Shown here in pieces: positions 1 through 9,037 of a DNA stretch of 64,000 nt. Each line of letters opens with the position of its first letter. Positions within the stretch are counted from its first letter, which is position 1. Origin of the DNA: a bacterium (GTDB lineage: Bacteria > Bacteroidota > Bacteroidia > Bacteroidales > P3). The position numbers and the translations under genes are program-made. The notes beneath the pieces are model-generated. The model was given only the letters and a program-made list of their open reading frames with translations, did no database searches and was not told the DNA's origin. The stretch spans positions 94,625-158,624 of the forward strand of contig JAAVBS010000006.1 in assembly GCA_014802725.1 (NCBI GenBank), in the 5' to 3' direction.

Positions 1-417
1 CAAACGTTGCGCGAAGGGCACCGCATCGCATTCGTCAGCCTCGGCCATATCGGCAATACGGCCATCGCCGCCACCCGCGAATACCTCCGCGAAAAGGGCG
101 CGGACTGGACGGATGCAACGCAAGGTCCCGGCCTTTTCAACATGATTTATCTCAAACCGCTCGATACGGCCTTACTGAACCATATCTTCGCGCATTACGA
201 CCTTATATACACTTTGGAAGACGGGGTCGCGGACGGTGGCTTGGGTAGCGCCGTTTGCGAATACGCAACCGCAACCAAAACACCGGCCGAAATCCATCGG
301 CTCGGTATGCCCGCCAACCGCTTCGTGCTGCACGGCCCCGTGGAAGCCCTGCAACATCAATGCGGCTATGCGAAAGAGGACTTGCTGAACATCATACAAA
401 AAAAGCACCCCGCATGA
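1..417 (+). CDS. dxs: 1-deoxy-D-xylulose-5-phosphate synthase, C-terminal fragment (5' end outside window)
   Basis: The frame is open to nt 1. The C-terminal transketolase-like domain pattern (IAFVSLG..., YLKPLD, TLEDGVADGGLGSAV, LGMP..FVLHG) is typical of a DXS C-terminus. Confidence 0.8.
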   Translation, partial: QTLREGHRIAFVSLGHIGNTAIAATREYLREKGADWTDATQGPGLFNMIYLKPLDTALLNHIFAHYDLIYTLEDGVADGGLGSAVCEYATATKTPAEIHRLGMPANRFVLHGPVEALQHQCGYAKEDLLNIIQKKHPA

Positions 418-430
418 GGTGCTTTTTTTA
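401..430. terminator. Bidirectional intrinsic terminator between convergent dxs and the flavodiiron gene
   Basis: Stem GCACC (405-409) / GGTGC (418-422), with an A-run on the left and a T-run (423-429) on the right. The dxs stop codon lies in the loop. Confidence 0.6.
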
Positions 431-455
431 TCGGAAAGGTCTGCCGACCTATCGT

Positions 456-1649
456 TTATAACATCTTCTGCGCAAAGCGTACGCCGAAGTCGAACGCGCC
501 CTTGAGTTCTTCCTCGCTCGGACGGAACTTAACGAAGTAGTTTTCCACAAACGAGAGTTTGCACGTCTTGATGTTGCCTTCGATAACGTCGCGCGCCTCA
601 CCGCTCCAACCGTAAGAGCCGAAGCCGCCGGCCAGTTTGCCGCGGTCGCGCAAGGGCGACAGGAGCGCGAAACAGGTGTAAATAGGCGGCAACGCATTTT
701 GGTTAATCGTGGAGGAGCCGAACAGATAGGCCGAAGCCTGCTCCATATGCGCCGAAATCTCGCCGGCGTCCATTTTTTCCACATTGCAAAGATCCACGTC
801 CAAGCCCGCCGAACGGATGCCGTCGGCAATCTTTTCGGCCAACGCGCCCGTATAGCCGTAAGCCGATACGTAAGCCACCATGACGCGGTTGGTGAGCGGG
901 AACTTGATAAACTCCTCGCTCCACTGCTTGGACAAGGCCACGTATTTTTTCCAGTCTTTCCGCAGAATCGGGCCGTGCCCCGGACAAATCGCGGCGATAT
1001 CCAAGGCTTCCACCTTTTCGATGGCCTTCAGGAAAAAGCGGCTGAACGGCCGCAGAATCGCCCAATAGTAATATTTGAACGCATCGTCGTAATTACCCAC
1101 CGCATCGTCGAAAACGCCCTTGTCGGCATAGTGCGCGCCGAAAGAGTCGCACGTAAACAACACCTTGTCTTCGGGCAGATACGTGTACATGCTGTCCGGC
1201 CAGTGCAGGTTGGGCGCGCTGATGAAACGCAGCGTCTTGCCGCCCAAATCCAGGCTGTCGCCGTCTTTGACGGCCTGCTGCGGGAACGTCTTGTTCACGA
1301 TGTCGGCCAGATAACGCAGGGCCGTACCGCTGGCAATCACCGTCGCCTTCGGGCAGATTTCCAACAATTTCACGAGCGAACCGCTATGGTCGGGTTCCGT
1401 ATGGTTCAACACGAGGTAGTCGATGTCGGCCGGATTGACGAGCGATTTGATTTTTTCAAGGTATTCGTCCCAAAACGTCACCTTGGCCGTCTCTATCAAG
1501 GCCGTTTTCTCGCGGCCGCGTACCAAATAAGAGTTATAGGTCGTGCCGTATTTGGTCTCCATAACCACATCGAACGTCACGATATCGAAGTCCAGAATGC
1601 CGACCCAGTCCACACCGGGGGCGATGTTTTTCACTTCACTGTTTTTCAT
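456..1649 (-). CDS. FprA-family A-type flavoprotein (flavodiiron protein; metallo-beta-lactamase fold plus flavodoxin domain)
   Basis: 397 aa. HxExDH-type motif (LNHTEPDHSGS) in the N-terminal lactamase-like domain, and a C-terminal flavodoxin-like domain (VAYVSAYGYTG...). Confidence 0.85.
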   Translation of the reverse strand: MKNSEVKNIAPGVDWVGILDFDIVTFDVVMETKYGTTYNSYLVRGREKTALIETAKVTFWDEYLEKIKSLVNPADIDYLVLNHTEPDHSGSLVKLLEICPKATVIASGTALRYLADIVNKTFPQQAVKDGDSLDLGGKTLRFISAPNLHWPDSMYTYLPEDKVLFTCDSFGAHYADKGVFDDAVGNYDDAFKYYYWAILRPFSRFFLKAIEKVEALDIAAICPGHGPILRKDWKKYVALSKQWSEEFIKFPLTNRVMVAYVSAYGYTGALAEKIADGIRSAGLDVDLCNVEKMDAGEISAHMEQASAYLFGSSTINQNALPPIYTCFALLSPLRDRGKLAGGFGSYGWSGEARDVIEGNIKTCKLSFVENYFVKFRPSEEELKGAFDFGVRFAQKML

Positions 1650-1670
1650 ATCATTTGTTGTTTAAAGTTT

Positions 1671-4298
1671 CTAAAATTCAAGCGAAAGTTGTTCCGGCAC
1701 CACATCGTCCCCGCCTTCCATACCGTCTGCCGTTCCGCTTTCAATCGCCGTTTCGGTCGAAGCCGAGGCGGCCGCCAAGCGTTCCCGCAACAAAGTTTCA
1801 TAGTCGGGTTCCTCTTCCGCGGGCTCCAGCCACTCCACTTTCTCGACCGCCTTGCCCGACAGACGTTTTCCCTTGGCCTTGAAGCCTTTCACGGCGATGA
1901 ATTCCGCCACGTCCATTTCTTCCGGTTCGGGCACGCGCCCCTTGGCATCGGGTTTATATATAACCCGCAGGCGCGGCGCATAATCCACCGTCATCGCCCG
2001 GCAAACCGCCCCTTCTTCCAAAAACGAAACGCGCTTGTCGCTCATTTCGGGGCAAAACCGCTTGATATACCACAAATCCGTTTTCGGCTCGATATAGATG
2101 GCCGTCACGATGCGGTCGGGATAATACTTGCCGATATACGTCATGTCCTCTTCAAAATGCGTACTCAGGTCGAACGAAGTCAGCTTGTAGGCACCGTTCT
2201 CCATCAGCGTCAGAATCTTGTCGTCACCCTTGAATTCGCCCAGCAACAGGCCGCGTTCCTCGGCGTTGAGCCGCTGCACGACCTCATCGTACCAAATGCG
2301 GCGCGCCCCCAACGTGGAAACGCCTTCTTCCGCCAAAATCACTTTTTTGACCGGATTACGGCTCAGGATGTTGCCCATCGAGCCGCGTCCCTTGACCGCC
2401 AGCGTCTTGAAATCGAATTCGAACTGCAATTTCTTCAGTTTCGGCTTCGGCTTCAGATACACTTTCACCACCTCGGCCTCGCCGTTCGGATTGGCCGTAA
2501 AATACAGGATTTTCGTACCGGGCGTGCCCTGCGTCAACAGGTAATCCTTGTCGCGCGTCACGCCGCCTATCGCAAAGCGTTTCACATAGGCAAAGCCGCT
2601 CTTGCCGTCGTGGTAGGCCATGTTGTATATCGTGCGTTCGTCGTTGCGCGCAAAAACCCCCACATGCAGGATGTCTTTGCCGACGAACACCTTGTCGGCC
2701 ACTTTCGTCACCATAAAATTGCCGTCCTGACGGAACACGATGATGTCGTCGAGGTCGGAACATTCGCAAACGTATTCGTCTTTCTTCATGCCCGTCCCCA
2801 CAAAGCCTTCCTCGCGGTTGACATAGAGTTTCTGATTCGTGGCCGCGACGCGCGCCGCCTGGATGACCTCGAAACTCCGTATTTCGGTCTTACGCTCACG
2901 TCCCTCGCCGTATTTTTCCAAAATATGTTCGAAGTATTCGATGGCGTAATCGGTCAGATGCGACAGTTTATGCGCCACCACCTTCATCTCGGCTTCCAAT
3001 TCCTTGATATGCGTGTCGGCCTTCTTGACGTCGAACTTGGAAATCTTGCGCACCGGCTTTTCCGTCAGCCGGACCACATCTTCGCGCGTGACGGCGCGGC
3101 GCAGGCGCGATTCAAACGGTTTAAACGCCTTTTCGATGCCTTTGAGCAAATCCTCCCACTTCTTCGCGTCTTTCTCCAACTCCCGGTAAATCCGTTCCTC
3201 AAAGAAAATCTTTTCCAAAGACGTGTAATGCCAATCGCTTTCCAATTCTTCCTGCCTAATCTGCAACTCCCGCTTCAACAGTTCCACCGTGTCGGCCGTG
3301 GAGCTGCGCAGAATCTCCTTCACATCCATAAAGGCCGGCGCCCCGTCCGTAATGACGCAGGCGTTGGGCGATATCGACACCTCGCAGTTCGTGAACGCAT
3401 AGAGTGCGTCTATCGTCGTGTCGGGTGAAACACCGGGTTGCAGATGCACGACGATTTCGACGTTCTCGGCCGTATTGTCCTCTATCTTGCGGATTTTGAT
3501 CTTACCCTTGTCGTTGGCTTTCAAGATGGAGTCGATGACCGACACCGTCGTTTCGCCGTAAGGGATATCCTCAATGACCAACGTCTTTTTGTCGGCCTGC
3601 GAGATACGCGCCCTTACGCGCACCTTGCCGCCGCGCCGCCCGTCCTGATAGTTCGTCACGTCCATAAGGCCGCCCGTCGGGAAGTCGGGATAGAGCGTAA
3701 AGTCTTCCTTTTTGAGAATGGCCACCGACGCCTGCAACAGTTCCCTGAAATTATGCGGCAACACTTTGGTGGAAAGCCCCACCGCGATGCCCTCCACGCC
3801 CTGCGCCAACAGCAACGGGAATTTGACGGGCAGCACGACCGGTTCCTGATTACGGCCGTCATAAGAGGGTTTCCATATCGTCGTCTTGGGGTTGAACACG
3901 ACTTCCAACGCGAACTTGGACAAACGCGCCTCGATGTAACGGGGAGCCGCCGCCGAATCGCCGGTCAGGATATTGCCCCAGTTACCCTGGCAATCGATAA
4001 GCAGGTTTTTCTGCCCGAGTTGCACGAGCGCGTCACCGATGGAAGCGTCGCCGTGCGGGTGGTACTGCATCGTATGCCCGACCACGTTGGCCACCTTGTT
4101 GTAACGGCCGTCTTCCAGTTTATACAACGCGTGCAGGATGCGCCGCTGTACGGGTTTCAGGCCGTCGGTGATTTCGGGTACGGCGCGTTCGAGTATCACA
4201 TACGAGGCATAATCCAGAAACCAATTCTGGAACATACCCGGAATGGATTGAACGCGATAAGGGGATGAAGATGCGCTATCGTTGATTTCCTCTGTCAT
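1671..4298 (-). CDS. parC: DNA topoisomerase IV subunit A (GyrA/ParC family, Bacteroidota ParC type)
   Basis: 875 aa. N-terminus YASYVILERAVPEITDGLKPVQRRIL, HPHGD motif, and a type IIA breakage-reunion domain followed by a beta-pinwheel C-terminal region. Confidence 0.8.
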   Translation of the reverse strand: MTEEINDSASSSPYRVQSIPGMFQNWFLDYASYVILERAVPEITDGLKPVQRRILHALYKLEDGRYNKVANVVGHTMQYHPHGDASIGDALVQLGQKNLLIDCQGNWGNILTGDSAAAPRYIEARLSKFALEVVFNPKTTIWKPSYDGRNQEPVVLPVKFPLLLAQGVEGIAVGLSTKVLPHNFRELLQASVAILKKEDFTLYPDFPTGGLMDVTNYQDGRRGGKVRVRARISQADKKTLVIEDIPYGETTVSVIDSILKANDKGKIKIRKIEDNTAENVEIVVHLQPGVSPDTTIDALYAFTNCEVSISPNACVITDGAPAFMDVKEILRSSTADTVELLKRELQIRQEELESDWHYTSLEKIFFEERIYRELEKDAKKWEDLLKGIEKAFKPFESRLRRAVTREDVVRLTEKPVRKISKFDVKKADTHIKELEAEMKVVAHKLSHLTDYAIEYFEHILEKYGEGRERKTEIRSFEVIQAARVAATNQKLYVNREEGFVGTGMKKDEYVCECSDLDDIIVFRQDGNFMVTKVADKVFVGKDILHVGVFARNDERTIYNMAYHDGKSGFAYVKRFAIGGVTRDKDYLLTQGTPGTKILYFTANPNGEAEVVKVYLKPKPKLKKLQFEFDFKTLAVKGRGSMGNILSRNPVKKVILAEEGVSTLGARRIWYDEVVQRLNAEERGLLLGEFKGDDKILTLMENGAYKLTSFDLSTHFEEDMTYIGKYYPDRIVTAIYIEPKTDLWYIKRFCPEMSDKRVSFLEEGAVCRAMTVDYAPRLRVIYKPDAKGRVPEPEEMDVAEFIAVKGFKAKGKRLSGKAVEKVEWLEPAEEEPDYETLLRERLAAASASTETAIESGTADGMEGGDDVVPEQLSLEF

Positions 4299-4364
4299 AA
4301 TCGTAAAAGCTTAGGCCTGTTATAGGAGGAAGCGATGCACGCCGACGCGTGATGTCAAGAGGTT

Positions 4365-6455
4365 TCAAACCGCCGGTTTGCGATACAGCAACCACGCTTC
4401 CACCCCCATCAAAGCCAAGGCAAAAATAAGCAATATTTTCCACAAAGGCACGGCCGGATGCGCTGAAATCGCGCCTTTTTTCAACGGTTTTTCAGACGGG
4501 GCCGCCGCATCGGCGGCACGTGGGTTCAAGGTATCGGCCAAGGTCGGCAACCGATACGACTGCCACGACTCCGAGGCGGGCGGATTGAGCGCCAACAGGT
4601 CGAGCTCCCGCCCCGAGGCATCCGTCAGGCGGTAATGCCCCGACGGCAAGGTTTCCAACCCATAGAGCCGATAAGTGCCGGCCACGGCGCCGACCTTAGC
4701 CGGTAGGGCCTGCGTGTCGGCGGCCACGGACGCTCCGCCGAGGACGGCGGGCACCAAACGTAGCCCTTTGAAATCGGCGGCCGCACCGCGCCGCGCCGCC
4801 GGCAATGCGTAACCGGCTCGACGGTCGGCCACATACAGCGGCCTTAGCCCGCCGCCTGCCTCCGCCATACCGAGCAGGCACACGACAAATCCGTAATGCC
4901 GCGTAAACGTGCTGTAAGTCTCTTCCCACGGCGCGGCAAACAGGTAGAGGCGGCCGCCGCCGACCCGGTAGTCAGCGATAAAATCCGGCCACAACGGGGT
5001 TTCCGTCGCGGCAAGGCCGTAAGCACCGTAAACCGTCAAGGGCTCGGTCGCGGTTTTATCGGAATACGCGCGGCCGCCGGCCAAAACGGCCTTTTGCCAA
5101 ATCGGATGCCGCCTCAAGGCCGGTTCCACGCTTATCTGTTTGGGGTATGGCGCATAAGCCGTATAACGGCCATAAACGGGTTGCCCGACCAATGTCCGCA
5201 ACCAGCCATCGAGCGCGTCCACGGCGGTTGCCTCGGCCGGTGCGGGCGGCACGATCGCCAGACGGCCGCCCTGCCGCAGATAATCCCCCAAACGGGCAGT
5301 CAAGGCCGAGGGCCAGGCCGACAATCCCTCCATAAGGATGAAATCGGCCGCCGCCAAATCGGCATAGTCCAAACGGTTGAACGGCACGGCTCCGTAACTG
5401 AAAGCGGAATCGCGGCCGAACAACCGCCGCGCGGCTCCGGAGGGTTGCCCCTCATAAACGTGCAACACGCGGCAGACCGGCGGACGATACAGACTGACAT
5501 ACCAATGGTTGTTGTAGGGCACGCTGTCGGGATCCAAACGCAACTCCACGGCATGATAGCCCGGCGTCGTCAAACGGAACGGCCAGACCTCGCAGATCCG
5601 TTCGCCGGGATGCAGCGTCACCCGCCGCGCCGGCATCGCCCGGCCGTCCGAAAGATAACGCAACCGCTGTTCCGCGCGGCCGCTCCCCGCCGGGCTGCGG
5701 CTAATCCATACCTGTAATTCGCCCTCGCCCGTCAGCGGTGAAACCGCCTGCCCCAAGGCCACGCTGTCGATGTGCCAGTCGTCGTAAGCGGCGGGTGTCA
5801 ATGCAACATATTGCGCCAAACTATCCGGCGCACCGTCAAACCCAACGGCCTGGAAATCGGAAATATATACACGTCGTACAGCTTCGGGCGGAATCCCCGC
5901 CTCCTCGGCGGCCGCGCGCATAAGCACCGCCACTTCGCCCAACGTACGGGAGGCCGGACTTGGCGAAATCCCCGACAGGGCCTGCAAAGCCTCCGCCGGC
6001 GAAAGGAAGGCCCGCTGCCGGTCGGTAAACGCATTGGTCAGGAGTTGTATGCCGGCCGCTTCGGGTGCCTGACGCACAATATGCGCCGCGGCCGCCACGG
6101 CCGCGCCCAGCGCATCGCCCCCCGCCGCGCCATAGGGGGCGGTCATGGAATAGGAATTGTCTATATAGAGACTGTAATAAGGCTTATCCGTCTGTGGTGC
6201 GCCCGCACCCGCCCGCCATACCGGCCACGCGAAGGCCATAACGACACAGACGATAGCCAATACCCTGCAGCCCAAAATCAGACGGCGGCGCAACTGCCGC
6301 TGCCGTTTATGCCGTTGCTGCGCCTGTTGCAAGGCCGCCACATGCGGAAAATACACCGTCTTGTATCGTCTCCAACCGAACAGATGGAGTAAAATGGGCA
6401 CGAGGACGAACGCCAAGGCCCACAGAAATTCAGGATGTACAAATGAGACGTGCAT
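4365..6455 (-). CDS. Large membrane protein with a BatA-type N-terminal double-TM domain and a DxSxS (MIDAS-like) motif; function unknown
   Basis: 696 aa. N-terminus F.HPEFLWALAFVLVPILLHLF resembles the aerotolerance BatA_N domain. IDNSYSM sits just after the TM pair. There is a C-terminal TM anchor, and the protein is Ala/Gly/Arg-rich. Confidence 0.55.
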   Translation of the reverse strand: MHVSFVHPEFLWALAFVLVPILLHLFGWRRYKTVYFPHVAALQQAQQRHKRQRQLRRRLILGCRVLAIVCVVMAFAWPVWRAGAGAPQTDKPYYSLYIDNSYSMTAPYGAAGGDALGAAVAAAAHIVRQAPEAAGIQLLTNAFTDRQRAFLSPAEALQALSGISPSPASRTLGEVAVLMRAAAEEAGIPPEAVRRVYISDFQAVGFDGAPDSLAQYVALTPAAYDDWHIDSVALGQAVSPLTGEGELQVWISRSPAGSGRAEQRLRYLSDGRAMPARRVTLHPGERICEVWPFRLTTPGYHAVELRLDPDSVPYNNHWYVSLYRPPVCRVLHVYEGQPSGAARRLFGRDSAFSYGAVPFNRLDYADLAAADFILMEGLSAWPSALTARLGDYLRQGGRLAIVPPAPAEATAVDALDGWLRTLVGQPVYGRYTAYAPYPKQISVEPALRRHPIWQKAVLAGGRAYSDKTATEPLTVYGAYGLAATETPLWPDFIADYRVGGGRLYLFAAPWEETYSTFTRHYGFVVCLLGMAEAGGGLRPLYVADRRAGYALPAARRGAAADFKGLRLVPAVLGGASVAADTQALPAKVGAVAGTYRLYGLETLPSGHYRLTDASGRELDLLALNPPASESWQSYRLPTLADTLNPRAADAAAPSEKPLKKGAISAHPAVPLWKILLIFALALMGVEAWLLYRKPAV

Positions 6456-6470
6456 CGTCAGACGCGCCTT

Positions 6471-7565
6471 TTATCGGATTTCCGGCAGACGGCTACGGTA
6501 GGCCAACCACATATCGGCCGCCGTTAGGGCCGCCATCGCCTCTACGACCGGTACCGCACGCGGCACACAACACACATCGTGCCGGCCTTTCACGTCCACC
6601 ATCACAAGGCCTTTCCCCTTGTGCCACAGCTCCGTGGGGCGCATCAAGGTCGCAATCGGCTTGAAAGCCACGCGGAACCAAATGTCTTCGCCCGTGCTGA
6701 TGCCGCCGCGCACGCCGCCGCAACGGTTCCGCGCCGTCTGCAACAGGCCGTTTTCATCCACGCCCGTCCAAGCGTCGTTATGCGCGCTGCCGCGCATGGC
6801 CGCCGCTTGGAAGCCCTCGCCTATTTCAAACCCGCGCGCGGCGTTGATGCCCATCATCGCGGCCGCCAGACGCGCCGTCAGTTTATCGTATATCGGTTCG
6901 CCGCATCCTTTGGGTAAACCGCGGATGACGCCGCGGACACAGCCGCCCACCGTATCGCCCTCGGCCGCACAACGCATCAATTCCGCCTGCATGGCGGCCG
7001 CCGCGTCCGGTGCCGGACAATACAGCGGGCTGTCATACACCCGCGTCAAATCGTAAGCCGTATAAGGTTCGGTGCAACACACCCCGCCGATACGCTCGGT
7101 ATAGGCATATACACGGACGCCGGCCGCAGACAGCAGACACTGCGCCAAAGCACCGGCCGCCACGCGCGCGGCCGTCTCCCGCGCCGAAGCCCGCCCGCCG
7201 CCGCGCGCATCGCGCCATCCGTACTTCGCCTCATACGTATCGTCGGCATGAGACGGACGGTAAGCCTCCGCCAAGGCGTCGTAATCCGCGCTCCGCGCAT
7301 CGGTATTCTCTATGAGGAACGCGATGGGCGTACCCAACGTCTTTCCTTCGTATATACCGGAAAGGAAACGCACTTCGTCGGCCTCGCGCCGCGCGCTTGT
7401 TCCGGCCAAGTCCTGATTGCCCGGCCGCCGACGCGCCAGGGCCGCCTGTACGAAAGCCGTATCGACGGGCACCCCGCCCGGCATACCGTCCAATACCCCG
7501 CCTATCGCCGCACCGTGCGACTCGCCGAAAGACGTAAACCGCAAATACCGTCCGAACGTATTCAT
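6471..7565 (-). CDS. aroC: Chorismate synthase
   Basis: MNTFGRYLRFTSFGESHGAAIGGVLDG is the canonical AroC N-terminus. The longer track ORF (to 7643) would overlap the upstream gene by 74 nt, so I use the start at 7565. Confidence 0.9.
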   Translation of the reverse strand: MNTFGRYLRFTSFGESHGAAIGGVLDGMPGGVPVDTAFVQAALARRRPGNQDLAGTSARREADEVRFLSGIYEGKTLGTPIAFLIENTDARSADYDALAEAYRPSHADDTYEAKYGWRDARGGGRASARETAARVAAGALAQCLLSAAGVRVYAYTERIGGVCCTEPYTAYDLTRVYDSPLYCPAPDAAAAMQAELMRCAAEGDTVGGCVRGVIRGLPKGCGEPIYDKLTARLAAAMMGINAARGFEIGEGFQAAAMRGSAHNDAWTGVDENGLLQTARNRCGGVRGGISTGEDIWFRVAFKPIATLMRPTELWHKGKGLVMVDVKGRHDVCCVPRAVPVVEAMAALTAADMWLAYRSRLPEIR

Positions 7566-7569
7566 CGCC

Positions 7570-8382
7570 TTATAATTTATCGTATTCCGCGTCGCTGACC
7601 GGTTCAAGCCATTCGTTGGACGTATCCTCGCCCGCGATTTCAATGGCCAAATGGGCGAACCAACTATCGGCGGCCGCCCCGTGCCAATGCTTCACGTTGG
7701 CGGGAATATGAATGACCGTGCCCGGCAGGATTTCCACCGCCGGCTTGCCCTCTTCCTGATACCAGCCGCGACCGGCCACGCCGACCAACATCTGACCGCC
7801 GCCCGACTTGGCTTTGTGGATATGCCAGTTATTGCGGCAGTGCGGTTCGAACGTCACGTTGGCAATCGAAACCTGCTCCGTGGAAATCATCGCGAGATAA
7901 CTGTTGCCGATGAAATAGCGGGCATAAGCCGTATTCGGTTCGCCAATCGGGAAAATCATCTCCCGCTGAAAGGCCGCCTTGGCATCCGTCCCTTGCCCGT
8001 CCTCGGCCCAAACGTCCTTGGCCAAACGGAAGGCCGCCCAGGCTTTCGGCCAACCGGCATAAAAACCGATATGGGTAATGATTTCGGCTATTTCGGTACG
8101 GGTAATGCCGTTGTTTTTGGCCGATTGTAGATGATATATCAACGAATTGTCCGTAATGCCCTGACTGATGAGCGACGTAAGCGTCACCAAACTGCGGTCC
8201 CGCAAGCCGAGTTTGTCGGTGCGGCTCCATACCTCGCCGAAAAGGACCTCGTCGTTCAACTGCGCGAACTTCGGGGCGAACGTGCCCAATTGGTCGCGGC
8301 CGGCCGTCTGTACAATCTTTTGCTGTGCCATAACGTGAAAGGTTAAAACCGTTAATACTGAGATTAAAAGATATCGTTTCAT
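7570..8382 (-). CDS. Secreted carboxymuconolactone decarboxylase-family (AhpD-like) domain fused to a cupin domain
   Basis: 270 aa. Signal peptide MKRYLLISVLTVLTFHVMAQQ, CMD motif EIITHIGFYAGWP, and a C-terminal cupin (WHIH...G.G....HW.GA). Confidence 0.7.
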   Translation of the reverse strand: MKRYLLISVLTVLTFHVMAQQKIVQTAGRDQLGTFAPKFAQLNDEVLFGEVWSRTDKLGLRDRSLVTLTSLISQGITDNSLIYHLQSAKNNGITRTEIAEIITHIGFYAGWPKAWAAFRLAKDVWAEDGQGTDAKAAFQREMIFPIGEPNTAYARYFIGNSYLAMISTEQVSIANVTFEPHCRNNWHIHKAKSGGGQMLVGVAGRGWYQEEGKPAVEILPGTVIHIPANVKHWHGAAADSWFAHLAIEIAGEDTSNEWLEPVSDAEYDKL

Positions 8383-8437
8383 CGTGTTTTTATTATTACT
8401 TATCCATTCAAGCCACCGGCTTCTGAATGTAAAGATA

Positions 8438-8470
8438 CAAAAAAAGCTCTACCCATTGCTGGATAGAGCC
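8438..8470 (-). terminator. Intrinsic terminator downstream of rpsT
   Basis: On the minus strand, a hairpin GCTCTA..TAGAGC (8446-8469) is followed by a 7-nt T-run (the A-run 8439-8445 on the + strand). Confidence 0.55.
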
Positions 8471-8513
8471 CCAAAAATCATTATGAAAACAAAAAACTCT
8501 AAATCGGATAAAC

Positions 8514-8789
8514 CTATTTCGCGGCTTCAGCGGGAACGGACAACTTAGCGGCTTTCATCATGATCTGCGATTTGAGGTTCGCAGCCTTGTTCTTGTGAAT
8601 GATATGATGTTTCGCCAACTTGTCCACCATGGAAACCATCGTGGAAGTTTTGGCCTTCACTTCGTCAACCGAGGTCAAAGCTCTAAAATCTCTCAACGCG
8701 TTACGCATCGTCTTGGCATAATAACGGTTATGCTCTCTCTTGGTTTCCGTCGAACGAATCCGCTTTATGGATGATTTGTGGTTTGCCAT
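8514..8789 (-). CDS. rpsT: 30S ribosomal protein S20
   Basis: 91 aa. MANHKSSIKRIR...RN....K is a typical S20. Confidence 0.95.
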   Translation of the reverse strand: MANHKSSIKRIRSTETKREHNRYYAKTMRNALRDFRALTSVDEVKAKTSTMVSMVDKLAKHHIIHKNKAANLKSQIMMKAAKLSVPAEAAK

Positions 8790-8814
8790 TACTCTTTACA
8801 ACATTTATGTTTTG

Positions 8815-8889
8815 TAGCCCGTAGGGGATTCGAACCCCTGATTTCAAGAATGAAAATCTTGCGTCCTAGGCCAACTAGACGAACGGGCC
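8815..8889 (-). tRNA. tRNA-Glu (anticodon UUC)
   Basis: Hand-folded cloverleaf: acceptor GGCCCGT/ACGGGCT, anticodon stem CAAGA/TCTTG, loop TTTTCAT, T-arm AGGGG-TTCGAAT-CCCCT. Confidence 0.9.
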
Positions 8890-8905
8890 AGCCTTAAAGG
8901 GAGTG

Positions 8906-8913
8906 CAAAGGTA
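8906..8913 (-). promoter_or_regulatory. Candidate Bacteroidota -7 promoter box (TACCTTTG) for tRNA-Glu/rpsT
   Basis: Matches the TAnnTTTG consensus, 17 nt upstream of the mature tRNA 5' end. This is the same spacing as at tRNA-Pro. Confidence 0.45.
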
Positions 8914-9037
8914 CAACTTTTTTTCGTATCTGCAATATCTCGCCCAATTTTTTTATCTCTTTTTCCGGATGCCGCCGTGGTTTTTCTTATCAAACAATGT
9001 GATAATCAAACAATAACGACATTACATACATCCTTAC

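Noticed and set aside
699-3428. 909-aa + strand ORF, the longest in the track.
   Set aside because: It is antisense to the flavodiiron and parC genes and in exact codon register with parC, so its stops would correspond to sense TTA/CTA/TCA codons, which this genome avoids. The sequence is low-complexity and Arg/His/Phe-rich with no recognisable motifs. It is a shadow ORF.
8950-8985. Weak hairpin CCGGATGCCGCCGTGG flanked by T-runs, as a possible terminator for the 230-aa membrane-protein gene.
   Set aside because: The stem has only 2-3 stable pairs, and the T-run is on the wrong side for a minus-strand terminator.
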